Positions 1 to 8,603 of a DNA stretch of 64,000 nt are shown here, piece after piece. Source of the stretch: an uncultured Erysipelotrichaceae bacterium (GTDB taxonomy: Bacteria > Bacillota_I > Bacilli_A > RFN20 > CAG-826); NCBI GenBank assembly GCA_900315885.1, contig ONAT01000002.1:28776-92775 (forward strand). The letters are read 5' to 3'. The notes under the pieces are model-generated. The model worked only from the letters and a program-made list of their open reading frames with translations, searched no databases and was not told the DNA's origin. Position 1 is the stretch's first letter; every line of letters begins with the position of its first letter. The translations under genes and the position numbers were made by a program.

Positions 1-162
1 TTCAAATTATTTACTTTCAATTATATTTTAGCATAACTAAAAAACTTTTACAAAAGCCATTTGACACGCATGTATTTGTAAATGAAATAATAATTTAAAA
101 AATACTATTTATAGTAAAATAATACAAAAACGATACTTTTTAATGAATATTATCAATTTAAT

Positions 163-351
163 TTACTTCATATGTATCATCACTGAATCATTATCAACAA
201 ATAAGCCTAAAAATCGAAAAAACGAAGTGAAAACAGAATAATAATATTTACCAGGATTACGTAAAAATTCATTGAAAACTTTTTGATTTTGCTCATGATA
301 TTTTGTTTTACCTTTTTTTGGATGGTTTGCCAAAATCGAAATCACATACAT
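163..351 (-). CDS. Small hypothetical protein (62 aa), last ORF of the helicase operon.
   Basis: ORF track only; same strand and 42 nt downstream of the 113 aa ORF; no recognisable motifs. Confidence 0.2.
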   Translation of the reverse strand: MYVISILANHPKKGKTKYHEQNQKVFNEFLRNPGKYYYSVFTSFFRFLGLFVDNDSVMIHMK

Positions 352-392
352 CTTACCTATATCTTCTAAAAGTGAATTATCAATTTTTCTTC

Positions 393-734
393 CTAGTTTT
401 TAAAGTTACTCACATATTTGCTGTATTCTGCATCTCGTCTTCTCCCCAAATAAACATCAATAAATGAAGGTATATTAAACTCGTTGTTTTCATCCGAATA
501 GTTACAGACAATTTCAAATATTTCTCTTACAAGAGGAAGCAAGTTTTGCTTATAAGAATTAGTTTTTATATCTGCAGCATATATAGCAATTTCATTTTTA
601 GTATTAAAATGCTTTTCAGTACATTTTATCAACTCATCCAAAGAATTTAAACTATTTTTAAAAATTGACTCGAATGTAGGATATTTCTTTTTAAATATGA
701 AAACTTCAACCTCGTTCTTAATAATTTTTTTCAC
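393..734 (-). CDS. Hypothetical protein (113 aa), translationally coupled downstream of the UvrD-like helicase.
   Basis: Start lies 4 nt after the helicase stop; no recognisable family motifs. Confidence 0.35.
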   Translation of the reverse strand: MKKIIKNEVEVFIFKKKYPTFESIFKNSLNSLDELIKCTEKHFNTKNEIAIYAADIKTNSYKQNLLPLVREIFEIVCNYSDENNEFNIPSFIDVYLGRRRDAEYSKYVSNFKN

Positions 735-737
735 ATT

Positions 738-3284
738 CTAAGGGATAATATCATCTGAATATCCTAAAATCGACTTGTAAATAAGATCAAACTTTTCTTC
801 ATTATTTTTGTATTGAGAAACTGATTCTTCTATAACTTTTTTTGTCTCATGAAGTTTCTCATGTATATCTTTGTTTTTAAAGCGTTCCTCTAATTTTTTC
901 ACTTCCTTATTTAAATTTTCATTTAAGGATTCGTACTTAGATTGATATTTAGATAACTCGGATTTAGTTTTGTTCAATTCATCAATTAATATTTCTTTTT
1001 CTTTTTTAGATAAATCTGCTTGTTTTCTTTTTTCATCGTATTCGATTATTTTTGCTTCTAGTTCGGAAATTCTCTTTTTATATCTTTCGCAAATGGAATC
1101 CTTAGAATCAGCTTCATTTATAAGTTTTGAAATTAACTCCTTTTGGCTTTTATCTTTTTCTCTAAACTCATTATTTTCAAATTCTATTGCTTCAATTTTT
1201 TTATCTTTTTCCACAATTGATTCCCGTATTTTATCAGTTTCTTTGATTAATTGTAATTGTATAAAATTATCTCTTTCTAAAGATTCAATTATCTCATCTT
1301 TTGCCTTAATAATATTACACTTATCATCATTCAAATATGTAAAGGATACTTCTTCAAACGACTCGATTTTTGTAGAAAAATAAGTCTCTGGTATTGTATA
1401 AATAAAAGATTTATCAGCTAAGTCTTTTGTATTATCTACTGCATAGCCTGTAGCAGTCAAATAAAGCAATTCTCTTGCTCTTGTAACGCATACATAAAAA
1501 AGTCTACGTTCATTATCCAAATTTGCATCATCTAATTTTTCAATGTTACACGGAAATCCTCCCGCCTCTAAACCAACAATAAAAACAGCATCAAACTGTA
1601 GTCCTTTAGATTGATGAGCAGTCATCAATCTAACGCAATTTTTTGTTTCATTTTTTTGCTGCTCACATAAAGAAAAATTCATTGATGCCACAATTGAAAG
1701 ATACTCATCATCTTCTGAATTATCACTTTCAAACATTTCTTCACTTGATTTGCAAAAAGAAAAGGCATATTCGTATATATCATCCATTAACTCATAACGT
1801 GTTTTATTGTTTTTAAGATCATAAGCAATTAAATTTGCAATAATCATTGATGGCATTTTGCCATTATGTACTAAATCATATTGTTCTTTAGCAAATGCAT
1901 AACATCTTGTTAAGTTTCTAATCCTTTTTTGAAAAGCTTCAGAATTAGTAATGATTGGATTCAATTCTATAATTTGATCCATTGTTTTTTGAAAACTTCT
2001 TTCACATGAAAAATTAGTACCATATTCTATATTAATTAATTCCAAAATTCTAGAATAACTTCTTTTCACAAATGAGTTAGAATCAATAGCAATACAAAGA
2101 GATGGATTAATTTCTTCTTTATATAGGTTATTTAGTATATCACATATTCTTTTAATTGTTTTCGATGTATCATTGTCATTTCCAAGGAAAGTAGATGTAG
2201 TCGCATCAATTCCTTTTTTTTGCAATTTTTCTTTAATTTCTATTAATCTAAAATTATATCTAGATAAAACTGCAATTTCTCTTGGTTCAATATTAGACTG
2301 AGTTATTAAGCGAAAAATCTCATTAACAACATAATCGTTTTCATCATTTTTGCTTGAAAACGGAGCGCACCTTACTGGTTTTAGTGTACTTTTTGTTTTA
2401 TTAGCAATAATAGTTTTTTCTCTTCTTTCCTTGGAACGTAGTCCCATTAATACCTTTTTTGAAAATTCAACAATTGGTTTTTCTGATCTATAATTTCTTG
2501 TTAAATAATATACGTCATACCCAGAATCTTTAGTTGTTTTTTCAAGAATAAAATTAGGGTTTGATCCCCTAAATTCATATATAGATTGATCATCATCACC
2601 GACATACAAAACGTTAGTATCTTCTCGAATTAGTAAATCAAGTAGTTCGTTTTGTTTTTTATTAATGTCTTGATATTCATCAACAAAAATATAATCATAC
2701 AAATATGATATTTTTTCCCTAATAATTGAATTGTTTTTTAGAATTTTGACAGTCAAATATATGAAATCATCCAAATCAATTAAATTTGAATCAATCATTT
2801 TTGCGCAATATTCATTAAATTGCTCTATTGTAAAATTATACTTATTAATAACAAATCCATTCTTTATACTAGATACATACTCAAGAAATGAATTTATCAC
2901 TTCATTAGATTCATCTTCTTCAGTAATAATTGTTTCTATAATTCTTTTTTTGTCATTTATGTCTGCAATTGTATATCCATCTCTAAGTCCCACAAGATCT
3001 TTATATTTAAATAAAAGTCTGCAGCCAAAAGAGTGAAGTGTACATATATTTTTCTTTTCACTTCTACTAAATGAAATTTCTTTTGAAAGACGTTCCAACA
3101 TTTCTCCAGCAGCTTTTCTAGTAAATGTTACAGACAAAATCTTTTTTAGCTTAACTCCTTTACTATTTAGCTGTACTATTTTTTTTATTAATGTTGTTGT
3201 TTTTCCACTACCTGGGCACGCTAAAACAACTATTCTTTTACTTGTTGATTCTATAATTAATTCTTGTTGTGTTTTATTTGACAT
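738..3284 (-). CDS. UvrD/PcrA/Rep-like superfamily-1 DNA helicase with a roughly 250 aa C-terminal K/E-rich coiled-coil extension.
   Basis: Walker A VLACPGSGKTTTL. Motif II FVDEYQD. Motif III LYVGDDDQSIYEFRG. Motif IV LTRNYRS. Motifs V/VI AHQSKGLQFDAV and YVCVTRARELLYL. The last ~250 aa are heptad-like K/E/I/L repeats. Start overlaps the stop of the upstream 246 aa gene; RBS AAGGA. Confidence 0.85.
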   Translation of the reverse strand: MSNKTQQELIIESTSKRIVVLACPGSGKTTTLIKKIVQLNSKGVKLKKILSVTFTRKAAGEMLERLSKEISFSRSEKKNICTLHSFGCRLLFKYKDLVGLRDGYTIADINDKKRIIETIITEEDESNEVINSFLEYVSSIKNGFVINKYNFTIEQFNEYCAKMIDSNLIDLDDFIYLTVKILKNNSIIREKISYLYDYIFVDEYQDINKKQNELLDLLIREDTNVLYVGDDDQSIYEFRGSNPNFILEKTTKDSGYDVYYLTRNYRSEKPIVEFSKKVLMGLRSKERREKTIIANKTKSTLKPVRCAPFSSKNDENDYVVNEIFRLITQSNIEPREIAVLSRYNFRLIEIKEKLQKKGIDATTSTFLGNDNDTSKTIKRICDILNNLYKEEINPSLCIAIDSNSFVKRSYSRILELINIEYGTNFSCERSFQKTMDQIIELNPIITNSEAFQKRIRNLTRCYAFAKEQYDLVHNGKMPSMIIANLIAYDLKNNKTRYELMDDIYEYAFSFCKSSEEMFESDNSEDDEYLSIVASMNFSLCEQQKNETKNCVRLMTAHQSKGLQFDAVFIVGLEAGGFPCNIEKLDDANLDNERRLFYVCVTRARELLYLTATGYAVDNTKDLADKSFIYTIPETYFSTKIESFEEVSFTYLNDDKCNIIKAKDEIIESLERDNFIQLQLIKETDKIRESIVEKDKKIEAIEFENNEFREKDKSQKELISKLINEADSKDSICERYKKRISELEAKIIEYDEKRKQADLSKKEKEILIDELNKTKSELSKYQSKYESLNENLNKEVKKLEERFKNKDIHEKLHETKKVIEESVSQYKNNEEKFDLIYKSILGYSDDIIP

Positions 3285-3285
3285 T

Positions 3286-4026
3286 TTAAATCCTTGCCTT
3301 TATATTAACTCTAATTCCAGCTTTAATACCTTTTTCTTCATCACTTGGTAAAATATTGGAGACAGTAATTTGAAATTTGTATCCATCATCAATCATTTTT
3401 CCCATAGTAGGTGTTAGATATGCTGGAATATTAAATACATCATCGATATAATCTATAAAAACATTAATTTGATACTTATCATGAATGGAATTTTTAACGC
3501 GTTCGTATTTAAGATTAGTACCAATATCAATTAAATCAAAATCATTTTGAAACGCTTTTGAGGATGTATGTCTAAGTGGAACATTTTGTTTTCCAAGATA
3601 TGACAATAATTCGTTTTTGAAATATTCATTATATGGATAAAGATTTGATGTATCAAATACAATACCAGTTTTTTCATTTGCTGGTACAACCCTGTTAGAT
3701 GTGATTTTTATATTTGGATACTCACTTACACACTTTCCATTTATCTTTAAATAAAATTTATATTTATTATTCTCACTATTTAAAAACTTAACATCGTCTA
3801 AAGAATCAAAAAACAATAATAATGATGCGTTTTCAAGATTTTCTAAAGAAGCATCTGAAATTTTAAAAACGATATATTTATTACCATTTGATGCCTTGAT
3901 AATTTCTTTTGATTGATTCTTTACAAGATAAACAGAATCAACGTACTCGCCTTTTTTTAAATTTTTTAAATATTTATGCATAGACATTGCGCCTCCGTAT
4001 TTTAAAACAACGTACGATATATCCAA
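3286..4026 (-). CDS. Hypothetical protein (246 aa), first gene of the operon, partner of the UvrD-like helicase.
   Basis: Stop overlaps the helicase start; divergent from an XRE regulator. No confident family assignment; only a weak PD-(D/E)xK-like pattern (FDLIDIG...YERVK) that I cannot verify. Confidence 0.5.
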   Translation of the reverse strand: MDISYVVLKYGGAMSMHKYLKNLKKGEYVDSVYLVKNQSKEIIKASNGNKYIVFKISDASLENLENASLLLFFDSLDDVKFLNSENNKYKFYLKINGKCVSEYPNIKITSNRVVPANEKTGIVFDTSNLYPYNEYFKNELLSYLGKQNVPLRHTSSKAFQNDFDLIDIGTNLKYERVKNSIHDKYQINVFIDYIDDVFNIPAYLTPTMGKMIDDGYKFQITVSNILPSDEEKGIKAGIRVNIKARI

Positions 4027-4040
4027 TAATTAATTTTTTT

Positions 4041-4110
4041 CTCATAATTTATGAGTTTTGCATAATCAAAATACAATATTTTTTGAGTTTTTACAATAGT
4101 AATCTCATAA
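4041..4110. promoter_or_regulatory. Divergent promoter/operator region with CTCATAA half-site repeats: palindrome CTCATAAtTTATGAG at 4041-4055 and a further CTCATAA at 4104-4110.
   Basis: Inverted and direct repeats read directly in the 85 nt gap between the divergent XRE gene and the 246 aa operon start. Confidence 0.45.
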
Positions 4111-4138
4111 AATGCTATATTTAAGTGAGGAAAAACTT

Positions 4139-4408
4139 ATGTTTAAAGATAAATTACGTGAATTAAGAGAGGACAAGGGTATTACACAAGCCGAGATGGC
4201 AAAAATGCTTAATATGACAAGCACAGGATATGGTGCTTATGAGCGAGGAGATTGTGAGCCTAGTATATCTACGCTTATTAATATTTGTAAGATACTTTGT
4301 GTCAGCGCTGATCAACTCTTAGAACTTAGTAAACCTGATGTTTTTTCACAAAATGATGTCGAATATTTAGAGTCTTTAACAGTAAGAATTTCTCAACAGC
4401 TCAAATAA
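4139..4408 (+). CDS. XRE-family helix-turn-helix transcriptional regulator (Cro/CI-like).
   Basis: HTH_XRE signature LRELREDKGITQAEMAKMLNMTSTGYGAYERGDCEPSISTLINICKILCVSADQLLEL. Probable start at the internal ATG 4139 with RBS GTGAGGAAAA (the track ORF starts at 4112). Confidence 0.8.
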   Translation: MFKDKLRELREDKGITQAEMAKMLNMTSTGYGAYERGDCEPSISTLINICKILCVSADQLLELSKPDVFSQNDVEYLESLTVRISQQLK

Positions 4409-4422
4409 TTAAATCAATAACA

Positions 4423-4455
4423 AAATAGAGTCTAGCCAAATCGCTAGACTCTTTT
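4423..4455. terminator. Rho-independent terminator; the hairpin is symmetric so it can act in both directions.
   Basis: Perfect 10 bp stem AGAGTCTAGC-caaatc-GCTAGACTCT followed by TTTT. Confidence 0.6.
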
Positions 4456-4557
4456 ATTACGCTATCTACTAATTATTACTTTTGTCTTTTATCAAAAGAC
4501 ATCTAGACATTTTAAAAGCCTATTTAGTAATCTATTAATCGCAAAAATAGGCCTCAA

Positions 4558-4929
4558 TCAAAACATTACGCTAAACGAGGTGAATATGAATAAACAGCAG
4601 TAAGTGTGATTGATTCCATATAATGGAGTATCATATTGAATTTCGTAGATACTTGTGAAGTATTGGTCTTCATTAATTACATGCTCTATATCACTTCTTC
4701 TGATAATCATATCATATTCGTTATTTGGAGTAATTAAATCAATTTCCTTACCTTGTGATCCTGGTCGACTTTTTTTAGTTAACGAAATTCCCATAATTTT
4801 TGCTTCATCTACTTTTACTTCATCAATAGATGTTTTGTTTTCATCTTCATAATAAACTTCTAAATAATCTCCCATTACAACAGTGGAAATCACATTATTT
4901 GATTTCTTAGAATGCATAGTTAAATTCAT
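4558..4929 (-). pseudogene. Decayed copy of the tandem lipoprotein paralog: no signal peptide, divergent C-terminus.
   Basis: Its 123 aa align with the central region of the 212 and 208 aa lipoproteins (HSKKSNNVIS..GDYLEVYYEDE..IRRSDIEHVINEDQ.FTSIYE). The N-terminal lipobox region is missing, and the tail from residue ~100 (NHTYCCLFIFTSFSVMF) is unrelated to the paralogs' tail. Confidence 0.55.
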
Positions 4930-4941
4930 AGATAAACTTAA

Positions 4942-4975
4942 ACAAAAAAAAGCCCAGTGACCAAGTCACTAGACT
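4942..4975 (-). terminator. Rho-independent terminator downstream of the 212 aa lipoprotein gene; a near-identical copy sits at about 5995-6028.
   Basis: On the minus strand: stem CAGTGAC-ttg-GTCACTG, then GGGC and a T8 run. Duplicated together with the flanking intergenic sequence. Confidence 0.5.
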
Positions 4976-5113
4976 TTTCTAAGGTGTATTAAAGTTTTAC
5001 TATGTCTTGTTCTATCAATTGTATTTTGTTAAAAGACAAATAGCTTTTCAAAAAAGAGCCTACTTATATTCATACATTAAATATCTTTTATTTATTGACT
5101 CTCTTCGAATGAA

Positions 5114-5734
5114 TTATCCTAATCTTGGCGAATAAGAATAAAGTGCTATCATATTATAAATCTTGTATTCATATGATTTCACACTTCCCTCAATAGTATT
5201 AATTTCGATGTCTTCTTCGCGATATATTCCGTATAGTATAGTGTCATCTAAAATATCGTAAATACTTGTGAAGGATTGATCTTCATTAATTACAAACTCT
5301 ATATCATTTCTTCTGATAATCATATCAGATTCGTTATTTTGAGTAATTAAATCAACTTCTTCACCATGTGATCCTGGTGGACATTTTTTAGTTAACGAAA
5401 TTTCCATAACGCTTGCTTCATCTACTTTTGCTTCATTGATTAAAGTTTTATCTTCATCTTCATAGTAAACTTCCAAGTAATCACCTGCTACAACATTAGA
5501 AATTATATTATTGGATTTCTTAGAATGCAAAGTTAAATTCGCAGATGAACTTAAAACATTATTCACTGAATATGATACGCATCTTGTTTCCTCGTCGTAA
5601 TTGACATCTACGTACATTCTTTCCATGTTTTCAGTTTTACTTTGAGATTCACCGCCACCTGTTTTATCACAAGCAAAAAGGATTGGTAAGCATAATGCTA
5701 AACATAATAGACCAAGTGATTTTCGATTTTTCAT
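5114..5734 (-). CDS. Lipoprotein, member of the tandem paralog family.
   Basis: Signal peptide with lipobox LFAC-D. About 75 percent identity by eye to the 208 aa paralog. Probable start at the internal Met (MKNRKS) with RBS GGGGGA. Confidence 0.7.
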   Translation of the reverse strand: MKNRKSLGLLCLALCLPILFACDKTGGGESQSKTENMERMYVDVNYDEETRCVSYSVNNVLSSSANLTLHSKKSNNIISNVVAGDYLEVYYEDEDKTLINEAKVDEASVMEISLTKKCPPGSHGEEVDLITQNNESDMIIRRNDIEFVINEDQSFTSIYDILDDTILYGIYREEDIEINTIEGSVKSYEYKIYNMIALYSYSPRLG

Positions 5735-6168
5735 ATGTTTTCCCCCATACATAGTTTATTCTTCAATTCCTATTTAAATACATTTTTATTTAATTCAATG
5801 AAATTGAATACCTCCTAAGTTGTTTTCATTTTAACACATTTTATTGCATCTGGCAAATATTTTTTAGCAGGCTTAAAAAATGAAAGATATCTTAAGCTTA
5901 GTATAATTATTGATAAAAAATCGATAATCAATGCTTTTTAGTCACATTCCATTTTACATTATTAACACTCTGTCATTTTTTTAAAATACATTTAACAAAA
6001 AAAGCCCAGTGAGCAAGTCACTAGACTTTTTAAGGTGTATTAAAGTTTTACTATGTCTTATATATTCTATCAATTGTCTTTTGTGAAAAGACAAATAACT
6101 TTTCAAAAAAGAGTCTACTTATATTCGTACATTAAATGTCTTTTATTTATAGACTCCCTTTGGATGAA

Positions 6169-6795
6169 TTATCCTAATCTTGGCGAGTAAGAGTAAAGTG
6201 CTATCATATTATAAATCGTGTATTCATATGATTTCACACTTCCCTCAATAGTATTAATTTTGATGTCTTCTTCGCGATATATTCCGTATAGTTTAGTATC
6301 ATCTAAAATATCGTAAATACTTGTAAAAGATCCATCTTCGTTAATCACGTATTCTACGTCACGTGCCTGTATTAATTTGTTGTCATCATTATCTTCTGAA
6401 AGATAATTAATTTCCATCCCTTGAGATCCTGGTGGGGATTTTTTAATTAACGACATTTCCATAATACTAGCTTCATCTACTTTGATTTCATCAATTACTG
6501 TTTTATCTTCGTCTTCATAGTAAACTTCCAAGTAATCTCCCGCCACAACGTTAGAAATTACATTGTTTGTTTTTTTAGAATACAAAGTTAAATTAGTGGA
6601 TGAACTTAAAACATTATTCACTGAATAAGTTACTTTGTCTGTTTCAGTATCATAACATGCGTCAACATACAATCTAGTCATCTTATCACTAAGATTGTCA
6701 TTTTTGTTTTCGCTTGCGTTAGAATTTGAAACACCACAACTAAACATACCAATAGAACATGCCATTAAGCAAAAAAGACGTAAAACTTTTTTCAT
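6169..6795 (-). CDS. Lipoprotein, member of the tandem paralog family; co-transcribed with the upstream secreted peptidase.
   Basis: Signal peptide MKKVLRLFCLMACSIGMFSCG (lipobox). C-terminal ~170 aa nearly identical to the 212 aa paralog. Start is 3 nt after the peptidase stop. Confidence 0.7.
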   Translation of the reverse strand: MKKVLRLFCLMACSIGMFSCGVSNSNASENKNDNLSDKMTRLYVDACYDTETDKVTYSVNNVLSSSTNLTLYSKKTNNVISNVVAGDYLEVYYEDEDKTVIDEIKVDEASIMEMSLIKKSPPGSQGMEINYLSEDNDDNKLIQARDVEYVINEDGSFTSIYDILDDTKLYGIYREEDIKINTIEGSVKSYEYTIYNMIALYSYSPRLG

Positions 6796-6797
6796 TA

Positions 6798-8603
6798 TTA
6801 TTCACCTCCTAAATAAATATCCATATCTCCAATACAAATTCTTCCCTTGTTTCTGCTACCTATCGCATCAGATTCAACACTAAATCTAAATTCAGTAACT
6901 CCTTCAGGGAATACAATTATGTAATGACCTGGGTTAGTACGATCAGTAGTAAGTGTTATATCATTTAACAAATCTAATGATGTTGCCCATAATCCATTAC
7001 TATTTCTATATTCAAGCTTAGCTTTAGCGTTAGACTTATTTATTGATTCGCTACTGCTCCACATTGTTAAATCAACATCGATACGATATACATTGGTGTC
7101 AAATGAATATATCAAATATGCACGACCAGCATTTGATCTTCTTGGTGATAATACTATATATTCTGATTCAATGTATCCACATCTTAATCTTGTTGTTCCA
7201 ATAGTATAATTACCTTGAACAATGTCTAACTCTTTAATTCCTTCGTTTTCAAAATAGTATCTTTCTTCAAAACCGTATTCCGCTGGTGCTAATACAATAC
7301 GATCTATTGAAGAAGTTGGTTCATTATAAACATATGTAACAGAATTGTAATATGATACATTAGAACTTGCAATTCGCTTAAATTGTACATATATTTTGCC
7401 ACTAGCTTTATTCAAAATAGTTTTCCAAGCATTTAATGATAATGTAATTTGATTTCTTGATGTTGTATATGAATACAATGCACTTCCATTTCTTGATGTT
7501 TTTATAGAAAGCGTATATGTCTCTTCTGAATCATATATATCTTTCATCCAATATAATGTTGGTGGAACGTTTTTCCAATTGGCTGGTACACTGAATAATA
7601 TTTCATCAGATATATTACATCCACAATGTCCCTTTCCATTAATAATGTAATTATTAGAATGTGTGTGGCCCATTGCTGAGTAATCTAAAGTAAATGCTTC
7701 TGTAATTTTGGAATAATTATGCGGACTTCCTAATAATGGTGAGTGTGTACTACCACTACTCCAGCCAAAGTTTGCATAGATACCAGCCTCATCATAATCA
7801 TATGCTACGACGGAATGGTAGGCGATTTGGTTACCAGCTGAGTCGTAACTCTTAATGTGAACAATAATAGGATTTCCACTATTTATTGTATCCTTAACCA
7901 AATTAATATATTCTGACTGTGTCTTGTTTCGATAACTATTAACGACAACAGAGGCATTATAATTTGAATAGAATGAGTTCAAAACTCTTTGATAATCCCA
8001 TCCTCCGATAGAGTATGAAAATTTGTCAGAACTGTCTGTAATGTCTAGAGTATTCTTTACAATAGTTAATTTGCTTTGTAAGTCATTGCTCTCGGTTGCA
8101 TGACAATATTCGTAGTAATTTGAATACCCGCTTCCATAATAGTATTGTCTTTTTACACCAGGCGAATGTTCTTTTACTTCAGTTTCAGTTGTTGCCGATG
8201 TATATTTTGCTTCAAAAACTTCTGGAATAACGTTGTCATTATAGAAAGTATCATAATAACTCATTGCTTGTATCAATGAAACATATCCACATGAACCAAC
8301 GCTATTATAAGCGGAATAGTCATTTAAATTTTCAAAATAACTTCTCCTTGTAAATGCGGTTTGTCTAGAATAAACTTTTTCAGCAAAATCCGTGTAATCA
8401 GCTGTTCCATCTGGAGTGCTTTCTGGTGCAGAGAAATCATCATAATTTGAAAAATCAGAATCATCCGACTTGTATTTCTTTGCTATTTTTTCTAGTTCAC
8501 TAGCATAATCATCATCTCTATGATAATTTTTTAACTCCGTTTTGCTAGTGTTAGCAGCTAAAGTTGTAGCTGCTAATATTAAAAATAATGTTACTTTTTT
8601 CAT
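6798..8603 (-). CDS. Secreted protein with an N-terminal papain-like (C39-like) cysteine peptidase domain and a C-terminal beta-rich region.
   Basis: Signal peptide MKKVTLFLILAATTLAAN. Cys motif NSVGSCGYVSLIQAMSYYD resembles the C39/C39_2 catalytic cysteine context; downstream His in AYHSVVAYDYDE. RBS AAGGGGG. Confidence 0.4.
   Translation of the reverse strand: MKKVTLFLILAATTLAANTSKTELKNYHRDDDYASELEKIAKKYKSDDSDFSNYDDFSAPESTPDGTADYTDFAEKVYSRQTAFTRRSYFENLNDYSAYNSVGSCGYVSLIQAMSYYDTFYNDNVIPEVFEAKYTSATTETEVKEHSPGVKRQYYYGSGYSNYYEYCHATESNDLQSKLTIVKNTLDITDSSDKFSYSIGGWDYQRVLNSFYSNYNASVVVNSYRNKTQSEYINLVKDTINSGNPIIVHIKSYDSAGNQIAYHSVVAYDYDEAGIYANFGWSSGSTHSPLLGSPHNYSKITEAFTLDYSAMGHTHSNNYIINGKGHCGCNISDEILFSVPANWKNVPPTLYWMKDIYDSEETYTLSIKTSRNGSALYSYTTSRNQITLSLNAWKTILNKASGKIYVQFKRIASSNVSYYNSVTYVYNEPTSSIDRIVLAPAEYGFEERYYFENEGIKELDIVQGNYTIGTTRLRCGYIESEYIVLSPRRSNAGRAYLIYSFDTNVYRIDVDLTMWSSSESINKSNAKAKLEYRNSNGLWATSLDLLNDITLTTDRTNPGHYIIVFPEGVTEFRFSVESDAIGSRNKGRICIGDMDIYLGGE

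Larger units (their letters stand above)
4558..6795. repeat. Tandem direct duplication, period about 1.05 kb, 2.3 copies. Each unit contains a lipoprotein gene, a terminator and intergenic sequence.
   Basis: 4948-5240 is near-identical to 5995-6290 (intergenic, terminator and 3' end of gene). Coding regions 4558-4929, 5114-5752 and 6169-6795 are paralogous. Confidence 0.75.

Noticed and set aside
1-162. TTGACA-N17-GAAATA promoter-like hexamers at about 64-92 on the plus strand
   Set aside because: Weak -10, would drive transcription antisense to the operon; frequent chance match in AT-rich DNA.
970-3036. Plus-strand ORFs 970..1383 and 2731..3036 inside the helicase gene
   Set aside because: Low-complexity S/F/L-rich translations, antisense to a gene with intact helicase motifs; typical shadow ORFs in AT-rich DNA.
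738-3284. Annotating the helicase as housekeeping pcrA/uvrD
   Set aside because: The context (XRE regulator, unknown partner, small downstream ORFs, no ligA or repair neighbours) and the long coiled-coil tail argue against the canonical repair helicase. The family-level call UvrD-like is retained.
4558-6795. Tandem lipoprotein duplication considered as an IS or mobile element
   Set aside because: No transposase, integrase or terminal inverted repeats; structure is a simple head-to-tail gene duplication.
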